A DNA stretch of 64,000 nt from Saccostrea echinata. Lineage: Eukaryota. The translations under genes were made by a program, and so were the position numbers. Shown here one piece after another: positions 51,415 to 60,923 of this stretch. The DNA lies in assembly GCF_033153115.1 (NCBI RefSeq), contig NW_026889772.1, positions 3,286,001-3,350,000 on the forward strand. The letters are read 5' to 3'. Every line of letters starts with the position of its first letter. Position 1 is the stretch's first letter. The notes under the pieces were generated by a model. That model saw only the letters and a program-made list of their open reading frames with translations, had not been told where the DNA came from and did not search any database.

Positions 51415-52590
51415 TTAAAACCAAGGGCCTTAACAGTCACCAGATTATCATTAGTTTTTCAGGCTATGACCACTTTGGACGAAAGAACTCTTTAATTGTT
51501 ATCAAACTTATGTAGCTTGCCCCTTACTTATTCATGATTGAATAAATGAAATAAGGAACATTGTATAATGACCCCCCACCCCCTCCTTTCATGCAAACAT
51601 TTTTAAAGAAAATTTCCTATTCCTACATAAAACTTTGATCTTCAATTGTGGCCCTACCATGTCTGGAACAAACATGAACCTGATGATCCAATCATGAAGC
51701 TGCTGTTCTTTTAAAAGATTTTTTCCTATGTATTCCTATGTGAAACTTTGATCGCCCATTGTAGCCCCATCCTACCCCAGGGGTTCATGATTTGAACAAA
51801 CATGAATCTACACTACCTGAGGATGCTTCCATATAAACATGACCAATCATGGCTTCGTTGTTCTTGAGAAAATTTTTAAATATTTTTCTCCATTGTGGCC
51901 CCATCCTACTCCAGGGGATCATGATTTGAACAAACAACTACACTGCCTGAAGATGCTTCCATATAGATATAACTATTCATGGCTTTGTTGTTAGAAAACA
52001 TTTTTTAAAGATTTTTCTTATATATTCCTACGTAAAACTTTGGTTGCCCATTCTGTTCCTACCCTATCCCCAGATCTAGAAGTCACGATTTGTACAAACT
52101 TGAACCTGCACTATCTAAGGATGCTTCCATATTAATATGACCAATCATGGCCCTGCTGTTCTTGAGAAGGATTTTTAAAAGATTTCTTCCTATAAATTTC
52201 CAAGTAAACTAGTAAACTTGATCCTCTTCTGTGGCCCCACCCTACCCCAAGGGTAATGATTGAACAAACTTGATTCTACACTGTGCCAGGATGTTTTCAT
52301 AGAAGTTTCAACTCTTCTGGCCCTGTGGTTCTTTAGAAAAAGATTTTTAAATGACACAAACTTATTAATGCTTTTCTTGAGTATCTCCCCTTGGAAGATG
52401 GCACTGCCCTTCTTTTGAACAAATTTGAATCTCCTTCACCCTAGGATACTTTGTGGGAAGTTTGATTGAAATTTTTCTAGTGGTTTTTGAGATGTTGAAA
52501 ATGTGAAAAGTTTACGTAAAACACACAACCATACGATGGCAGACAAAAACCGATAGCAATTGGCCACCTGAATGACTCAGGTCATGAAGT
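51415..52590. mobile_element. Helentron/HINE-like element with Cg170-like satellite units in the E78 exon E-F intron
   Basis: About 5 units of TGGCCCCA.CCTACCCC.GGGG.CATGATTTGAACAAAC.TGAATCTACACTACCTGAGGATGCTTCCATA; terminal hairpin near 52565-52590. Confidence 0.7.
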
Positions 52591-52635
52591 TACCTAGAAA
52601 AGAGTTACTTTTTCTATAGCAGTAAACCTGCTCAC

Positions 52636-52799
52636 CGAGAAGACGACTCCTAATTCCTCTCTTTGTATTATACTACCATCCTCAAACGTGAGACATCCTT
52701 CTGTTTTGTTAAACATCCTCGCCATTCTTGTTAACCAGACCTCAAAGAATCCACATTTGATCAGAATCAGCTGGTCATCTTGATTTAGTTCAGGAAAAC
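52636..52799 (-). CDS. E78: E78 exon E: LBD (GFPELNQDDQLILIKCGFFEVWL...)
   Basis: Within ORF 52594..52809. Carries the F..L...DQ..LIK signature. Flanked by ttacAG and TCG|GTGAGC. Confidence 0.92.
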
Positions 52800-54049
52800 C
52801 TGTAAACAATAATCATATAAATATTACATACCATGTGTACATTATAGACTTTTCTCCCTATCCTTTTATTCAATGACATGTTTCAAACTTGTTAGTCCCC
52901 TACTGGTGAAATGGAAGGGGACTATAGATTTCCTTTTAATAAGTCCACCTTTGTTTGTCAGTCTGTATGTACCACTTGGTATCTTGAGCAGATTTTTGGT
53001 CAGTGAGCATTCACAGAAGCATGTGCACAGTCACTGACTGTGAATCTGATTCCTGTGGTGCCTCAATTCAATGTTAACATCTGTACACATACACATTTAC
53101 CCTTCTATGATACTCATATCCATTTTGATCCTATATCCCAGAGTTTCAATTTACAAGACAAAGCTTAGCATGGAATAGTCAACTTAAACACAAAGGATTT
53201 TCCGTGAATTCTAAAACAGTATTTTTTCACAAAATCAGCATTTTGTATCCCCAATTAAATCCAGGAACCTTCTTTTGAACATTTAGTATGAATCTTACAA
53301 TTCAATCTTGTCAATTCTGGCAAATAGTTCGAGAAAAAAGACTTTTAAATGAAAATATATCCTAACCTACTGAGCTTTCTTTATAGTCATTTCATTAACT
53401 GAGATGGTGATAAAAGAATGCAGATGAGTTTAAATTAAGGAATATCAACTGCATCCTACAAATGAAATTTTAGCTCATAGAAAGAAATCCCATTTTCTTC
53501 TGCAAAAACTGAAAAGGGGGGTGGGGGGTCCTCATACCAATTAAAATGGAATTACGACTCTTAGTGTAAAGGCATTCTTAAATGTACAAAGAGAAATCAT
53601 TATAAAGGATCTAGGGGAACATCATGTTCTTTACAGTGATTTACACCATGTCCTGTGGTCCCCTTGTTATAGTGAGGTCACTGACACTGGTCTTTAACCT
53701 CATTAACAGAGGCAAATTTTACTAATGATCCTAACTACCAACAGAATGACAATATCAAAGGTAAAGATAGTTTTTTTTTCTAAAATAACCAGATAACAGT
53801 GAATAAAGCTACCAGCATTTATCATTGATTTTGTGTAACCTGAACTCTATTTTAACTGAGAGGTTGAATTTAACTACCAGTCTGCAAGGGCATTAAAACA
53901 CTAGGAAATTAAATGCATTCATTCTGTTCCAACCTCTTCTGTCCACTTTCCAAAGAAAACATCTGATGTGTGGAAATCACTTCTACTTTTATTGGTAGTA
54001 AGGAGAATTGCAGTCTTCAAGTCTTTCTTTTATTGATTTTTGAGGTTAA

Positions 54050-54981
54050 CGAGGTTCGCTCCTGAGCTTTTGAGCAGATTTTTGTCTTAACCTATATTTA
54101 AAAAATTCTGCATAATGTTTTAGTTCTAACAATAAATTTGGAATCTACAATACCGATTAAACAATATTCAGTTAAAACTCCATGATTAAGTTCCATACCA
54201 AAAGCATTAAGAGAGGAACTATATCTTGTGGCGGATGGATTTTTAGAAGAAAATGATCATTTTTTCTCTTTCGAAGTATTTGAAATAAGTTTGGATTCCT
54301 ATTTTTCCATGCAGTCTGCACACAGACTTATTCTGTGCCGTGAACTGTTTCATGCTGGTCCTAAATTATATATTAAATAAACTATCATGAATTTTATCAT
54401 CATATTCAATAAATATAGCAAATATATTGCGAAAATACAGAAAAAAATAGCCCTAACTTTTGCTTAAAATTAGCACTATTTTAGTATTATCTAAAAATTA
54501 ACATCACAGGCCCCCACTTTTCATTTTATTTTCTGAATATACAAGATATTTTTAACCATTCTACTTAAATTCAGTAAAATGTCATTACTTTCAAATGATT
54601 TTATTGCTTGTTAAAATTTTTAATGCCAGAAAAATGATATTTTTGAGTGCAAAAAGGTCAAATAATTAAACATGCGAAGTAATTTAAAGAAATTTTTGTT
54701 GTCACAAATTTTAATGTATCTATTCAAAATGAAATAAGACTGTGTTTGTTCCCATAATTTATTTGAATAAAAAAAAATATTGGAAGGAAAACTTTAAAAA
54801 TTCAATCATGTGTATGATGTATTTGCAGTGCAAAAAGGTCAAACTAAGTGCCCTGTAGCGCCAAAAGAAGCGCATTGACCCCCATTTTTTGTTTTCATTT
54901 TAAATTAAGCTACGTGTGTAGATTCTAAAAATATACTTGATAAAAAATTCTAATTACTTTTGATGGCAGGATCCAACCTCC
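54050..54981. mobile_element. TTAA-flanked non-autonomous DNA transposon (Kolobok-like)
   Basis: TTAA-CGAGGTTCGCTCCTG ... CAGGATCCAACCTCC-TTAA, imperfect TIRs. Confidence 0.6.
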
Positions 54982-55589
54982 TTAAGGTGAAGTCTACACT
55001 TCTAACTGGGCTTAGCTTGCCCTGAATGACCTTGACCTCTATTCTATGTGACCATTACTCCATTTGAATATGTGACATTTATTCTATATGACCTTCTGAT
55101 GTATAACCTCTACTACGTATGACCATTTCCATGTGCCTCTCATTTGCTCTATTTTTGACTAGTGGATAAAACACTTTATAAGATTTTTAATCATTATGTC
55201 CTTCTTCCTGAATGATTAATTACTCTCCCTGTGTGACTTCTGTTCTTTACTCTCCAATGAGCTCATGAATACATTAGTAGAACAACAATTTCTCTACTTT
55301 GTAGTTGGGATTAGTTATTGATATCATTGAGCTCATGGAACCAGACTTCCCTTTTTTTTTTAATCAAAATTTCAGTGATTTTTCAAAATCAATTCCTTCA
55401 TCAAAGTAAGAATACTTGTGATTATATCAAAGTATGTATACCTGTGATCATATCAAAGTATCCCCAATTATATCAAAGTATGTATACCTGTGATCATATC
55501 AAAGTATCCCCAATTATATCAAAGTAAGTATACCTTTATCAGTTTTGTTAATCTCTTGACACTGTTTCATGATTCATGGATGAAATTAA

Positions 55590-56208
55590 CTAGACAGACC
55601 ACATGGACTATTTCAATTATTCCTCCAGATCTCTGACCTGTTTTGTAAGCTCCACAACGCTATTGATTGCAGGGTTGATGAAGCCAGCCTGAGAGTGCCA
55701 CAAGGGCTATTCCTATTATTCCACCTTACCTGTGACCCATTTTGCAAACTCCACAACACTGTTAATGGCTGGGGTGATGAAAACCCCCAGATAGTGCCAC
55801 ATGGACAATTTTTATCATTCCACCTTACCTGTGACCCGTTTTGCGAACTCCACAACACTGTTAATGGTGGGGGTGATGAAGATCGCCAGATAGTGCCACA
55901 TGGACAATTTTTATCATTCCTCCTTACCTGTGACCCGTTTTGCGACCTCCACAACACTGTTGATGGTGGGGGGTGATAAAGCCAGCCAGACAGACCACAT
56001 GGACAATTTTTATCATTTCTCCTTACCTGTGACCCCTTTTGCAAACTCCACAACACTGTTAATGGCGGGGGTGATGAAGATCGCCAGATAGTGCCACATG
56101 GACAATTTTTATCATTCCTCCTTACCTGTGACCCGTTTTGCGAACTCCACAACACTGTTAATGGCGGGGGTGATGAAGCCAGCCAGACAATGCCACATGG
56201 ACAATTTC
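55590..56208 (-). repeat. 99-bp tandem repeat, about 6 copies, made of the last ~82 nt of E78 exon D plus ~17 nt of intron
   Basis: CTTACCTGTGACC recurs at 55725, 55824, 55923, 56022 and 56121 (period exactly 99). A degenerate distal copy lies at 55590-55700. Confidence 0.95.
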
Positions 56209-56270
56209 TGGGCCTCGAGTTCCTCGTCACTGAACTGAACGGGTGTGGAAGGAATGGAAATCTGTTGCAT
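56126..56270 (-). CDS. E78: E78 exon D: LBD helix 3 (MWHCLAGFITPAINSVVEFAKRVT)
   Basis: Within ORF 56112..56294. Acceptor tttcAG, donor CAG|GTAAGG. VVEFAK is a nuclear receptor signature. Confidence 0.9.
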
Positions 56271-57029
56271 CTGAAAGAATGAATGACAGTACATGTATTT
56301 AAATCTGTAAGGAATTCTGCTCCAATTTAAAGATAATCAGCAACAACATATGGCACCATAAAGACATATTCTTTAGAGATATTCTATCTTCAATACATAA
56401 ATAAAAATCTCATATTACACATTTTAGTAGGGAAGTGACAATTGTCTGGTTATACACTGAGTTATACCGGTCAATTAACAATGTTCTGTTGTAAATATTT
56501 CTCCATCAGTGTGGTGATGATATTCTAAGTTTTACATAGGTTATATAACTTGTGCAAGTTAGTTCCTGGTTTTCCTCCGACTGGAGTTCCTTAATCTTTT
56601 TAATTGTCAACAGACATGAGGCTTGCTGAGTGTTTACTGACAATTAAAAAGTTCAAGAACAAGAGGAGAAAAAACGGTAACTAAAGAGCAAACATTATGG
56701 AACCCAATTACTGCATGACACAAAACAATATTACATAGCACATTGTGACATCACGGGGTTGTCCCTAAGACAACTTGGGGAAAACCCATATATTTTCCCT
56801 TATAGGCCAGAGAATTTCCCATCCTATGATATAATCCCCAGTTATTCTGGTATTCCCCCTCAACCCTGTTAGGGGAGGAACCCCAGACCCCCCTTCTACT
56901 TTTTTATTGTGCCCTGCTATTTCAATTCTTAGGGACAACCCTGCATCATAATAAGTGTTCTCTAACATATTAGAAAACAAAAAGAGAATCACTGTATGGG
57001 AGTGATGAAACAAAGCCGTAAAGAGAGAA

Positions 57030-57502
57030 ACATATTTCTATCTCAGTCAAGTCAGTGAAGTGACACTAGACAACGTTTTACATATTTCTATATCAGTGAA
57101 GTGACACTAGACAACGTTTTACATATTTCTCTATCAGGGAAGTGACACTAGACAACGATTTACATATTTCTATCTCAGTGAGGTGACAATTGACTATGTT
57201 TTACATATTCCTATCTCAGTGAGGTGACAACTGACTATGTTTTACATATTTCTATCTCAGTGAGGTGACAATTGACTATGTTTTACATATTCCTATCTCA
57301 GTGAGGTTACAACTGACTATGTTTTACATATTCCTATCTCAGTGAGGTGACAACTGACTATGTTTTACATATTCCTATCTCAGTGAGGTGACAATTGACA
57401 ATGTTTTACATATTTCTATCTCAGTGAGGTGACACTGGACAATGTTTTACATATTTCTATCTCACCGAGGTGACACAGACAATGTTTTAAATACCAGTGA
57501 GG
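57030..57502 (-). repeat. 41-bp tandem repeat, about 11 copies, abutting the E78 exon C donor
   Basis: Unit CTCAGTGAGGTGACAATTGACTATGTTTTACATATTYCTAT (57181 to 57222). It shares CAGTGAGG with the exon end. Confidence 0.93.
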
Positions 57503-57703
57503 AGGGCTTTCTTCTGAGGTTCTTTATTCTATCTTCAGTGACCAGGCAGTTTGTGTGGTGGGCCTGGGAGATGTTTAAGATGATGTCGTAGATGGCTAGC
57601 TGTTTATTCTCCAAAGCCGACTGGTCCATATTGCAATCTGTGGAGGTCACGCTACTGTCGTCCTGACTTTTAGACCTCTTTGGAACTCGACCATAACGAA
57701 CAG
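57495..57703 (-). CDS. E78: E78 exon C: hinge (SVRYGRVPKRSKS...AIYDIILNISQAH...RRKPSSL)
   Basis: Overlaps ORF 57462..57650. Acceptor ttacAG. Donor CTG|GTATTT is required for the phase 0 join to exon D. Confidence 0.85.
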
Positions 57704-58021
57704 CTGTAAAATAAAATGTAATTTATTCAAAATAGGCTCATAAGACACTCATTTATAATAAGAAGGAATATTTTTTATTATTTCCAAACAATCTTCTCAC
57801 ATTGTTTACAAATAAAGTTGTCATAGAGAACTTGGTTATTAGAGTAGTGCTCCGTTATGAGGCAGTAAAAACTTCTTATCTTAATGTCACATCTCTGTCT
57901 TAGGACAGAATTTCATCTTATTTCTCAAAGATTACATTTCAATGTTATCATAGCACTATATTTTTCAACTTCCTTAGCATATCTTATTACTGACTTTGAG
58001 TATGTACTACAGTGATTACGG

Positions 58022-58386
58022 CAGGGTTAGAAACTCCCTAAAATTACAACTCACAAATAATTGTGAGTACCAAGAAAGTGAACTCGCATTTTTATAAGAC
58101 TACTCGCAATTTTCATACAAAGTTAAATTTATATAAATTAAATACATGTAACTTAAGGAAAAAGTAACTACTGTACTATACACAAAATACAACTACAGTG
58201 TGACTTTTATTTAAATTACTGATTTAAATCAAAAGTATTGTGTTCTGTCATATTATATAATTTTCTACAGTTTCAATGCAAAAAATATCAACTCGCAAGT
58301 TTTTGCGAGTTACCTAATTTTTAACTCACAATTTGGGAATTCTAACTCGCGTTTTGCGAGTTGTATATAGTGAATTTCGAACCCTG
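58022..58386. mobile_element. CAG...CTG MITE with apparent 5-bp TSD TACGG
   Basis: CAGGGTTAGAAACTC / GAATTTCGAACCCTG termini; internal AACTCGCA repeats. Confidence 0.75.
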
Positions 58387-58728
58387 TACGGGTCATGAAG
58401 AGAATACATTGTCATATGTATACTCCCTCAAATCTACATGAAAACTGTCCTAGTTAATGCACTTTGAAGTACACACTTAAGAATTTGTTTATACAGTTAT
58501 GAAGAACTAATTTTATAAAGTAGTAATTACATGTGTACAAAGATTTTTCTTAATAGGAACAATTGTTTTTCTGTACTAGAACTGGACTGTACTGAATAGC
58601 TAGAAAAAAAATATGTAAACAGTTATAATTTGATAAAAATTATTTTCAGTTACAAAAAAAAAAATTTGATTTTATAATGCCCCTGTTATAGTGTCAGTTT
58701 ACAATATAAAAGATCCCCAGATACTCAC

Positions 58729-58870
58729 AGTCTCTGGACATGCCCACAGCCAAACATTTTTTAAATCGACAATACTGACATCTGTTGCGACTAAGACGTA
58801 TCACCATACATTTCCCGTCGCGTAAACACCTGTATTCAATCTGCTTCTGTATACTACGGCGAAAGAATCC
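58729..58870 (-). CDS. E78: E78 exon B: second zinc finger (GFFRRSIQKQIEYRCLRDGKCMVIRLSRNRCQYCRFKKCLAVGMSRD)
   Basis: The IQKQIEYRCLRDGKC D-box region is characteristic of E78/Eip78C. Flanked by ttttcAG and T|GTGAGT. Confidence 0.92.
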
Positions 58871-59099
58871 CTGAAAAAAAAAAACAGAACATACTTCAAT
58901 CTATTGGTCACTCTATTGTTTACAGTTACGGCTATGAATTCTCTCTGTGAGGGATATGTTTGTACATATGTTTTATTTAAAACATTTCAACAGAGCAGGG
59001 ATTTTTTTTTTAGATATCTATCTAGAAACTGAATAAAGCTGCAAAACATTCAACCATTAACTTTAAAAACACAATCCTGATGATAAAGGAATTTCTTTT

Positions 59100-59420
59100 C
59101 TTTCACCCCTCAGAGGTAGTCTCTGTACAAACATGTTTATAATTTCTTACCCCTCACTCTCCTCCCCCCCCCCCCCTCTTCACAGGAAGTGACTGTAGAC
59201 ACATTTATACCCAGTAATTTCTGATCTGAACCTCACCTTACACCCCTCACAGGAAGTCTCCGTACAACATGTACAAACATGTTTATAATTCTGACCCCTC
59301 ATTTCCTACCCCCCCCCCCCCCCCCCCCCCGCCCCATCTCCAGGGAAGTGATTCTGTAGACACACATATTTATAATTTCTGATCTGGACCTCACCTTACA
59401 CCCCTCACAGGAAGTGACGC
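59100..59420 (-). repeat. Degenerate tandem duplication (about 4 monomers of ~75-80 bp, with poly-C runs) of the E78 exon A end and donor
   Basis: AATTTCTGATCTGRACCTCACCTTACACCCCTCACAGGAAGT occurs at about 59216-59257 and 59374-59415. Further CAGGAAGT..GTAGACAC..TTATA monomers lie between and beyond them. Confidence 0.85.
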
Positions 59421-59522
59421 CATAATGGAAGCCGGAGGCTCGGTCTCCACACACCTTACACGGGACGTACTGTTTCTGGCTGTTGGAGTCAGCGGCAGCC
59501 TGAATGTTCCCAGCCTGCTCCT
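59395..59522 (-). CDS. E78: Nuclear receptor E78 (NR1E) exon A: first zinc finger ([25 protein letters not shown])
   Basis: Hand translation. Acceptor tgtttAG, donor AAG|GTGAGG. The exon starts in phase 1, so an upstream exon exists; none was identified in the window. Confidence 0.9.
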
Positions 59523-60703
59523 CTAAACAAACACAAAATTAGATACTTTGAGAACAGAGACAAAATATTTGAAGAAATCTGAGAGTCTTGTATAATGCAT
59601 GCCAACATTTTACATTCACCAGTGCAAAAAGGGTGATCTCATTTTTTTTATATAAAATTTATGGTTAGTGCATAAATGTTAATTCTGTCTTCAATGGTTG
59701 AAGGTGTCTATCACAAGGATTATATACTGAATTCAAATTGAGCTGAAAGAGAAATAATGGAAAGCTTTTATAACTTACATATTCAATTTAAGATTTTTTT
59801 CTGTTCTGGTACACTGTATTAAATTTCACTCAACTGCTAAAGATAACCTTCTCCTAGCCATAAGACACCTATAGGAAATGACAGTTTTATCTTACAAATG
59901 AAAACTTGGAGTTTAAATGTCCATGTAAATAATGTAGCAGAACTGGAGATTGAAGACTGGGAAGACATTTTCCATTATGGAGATAAATTCTATATTCTTA
60001 AAAATAAAAAGCATATTTTATTTCCTCAGTTAGGATTATTGTGTATCTAAGAAAAGTATTGAAAATGTACTCTCTAAATTTATACATTTCTATGTATGTA
60101 TTGCAATAAGGCAAATGAGCAAGGTCAGTAAACTTTTTTTCAAATCACAATTCTTGAATACATATGTAATAAATACATCAAATTAATATCTCTCTATTTG
60201 TGAATTCACTGTTTACTTTGAGCGCATTATTATTTTATGGAAAGGGAGAGTTGCAAATCACATGGAGAACACAGTTTTTTGTCCCAAGCTTTCACTGAAA
60301 GTGGGGGATATTAATTTCAGTGTCTGTCCGTTCCTCCATCTGTATTTCTGTCTGTCTGTGACACTTTCGTTTCCGTGCGATATCTCAAGAAGCCTTTGGA
60401 CTTTCGCCATGAAATTTTACATAACAACTCCCTATGGCCTAAAGAAGAACCCTATTGATTTTGAGGACAAATGGCAAAGGTCAAGGTCGTAAATTCATAC
60501 ATTTTTTCTGTGTGTAACACTTTCGTTTCGGGGCAATATCTCAAGAAGCTTTTGAGCTTTTGCAATGAAATTTACACCATAACTCCCTATGGCCTCTCTC
60601 TTTCCTTTTTCTGAGAAGTTTGGATTATGCTCGGGCTTAGGATAATTGCCTACTGAAAGAATAAATTTTGCCATCTTTCAATGACTCTAGTGTGTTTGAA
60701 ATA

Positions 60704-60923
60704 CTGTAGATTCCTAAATATATGCGAGGAATTAATTATCACGTAATTTTGCAAGAAGCACCACACACGACATAAAATTATTTGCTTTTATTTTTAGGGT
60801 GCTAAAATTATTGTAAATATTTGATCAACCGTCCACTCGCGAATTATTGCTCACAATTAGACGTCTAAGAGCCATTTCGCGATAATAAGTACTCGCGTAA
60901 AAACTAAAATAAGGAATCTACAG
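60704..60923. mobile_element. TA-flanked Tc1/mariner-type MITE
   Basis: TA-CTGTAGATTCCTAAAT ... AAATAAGGAATCTACAG-TA. Confidence 0.8.

Noticed and set aside
55590-56125. Mutually exclusive alternative exons of E78
   Set aside because: Copies lack an upstream polypyrimidine-AG acceptor and the first ~60 nt of exon D; only donors are duplicated.
55613-56230. 205-aa Cys/Trp/Pro repeat ORF
   Set aside because: It is an alternative reading frame of the 99-bp repeat (unit length is a multiple of 3), overlapping E78 exon D out of frame and without a convincing start. The plus-strand ORFs here are the same artefact.
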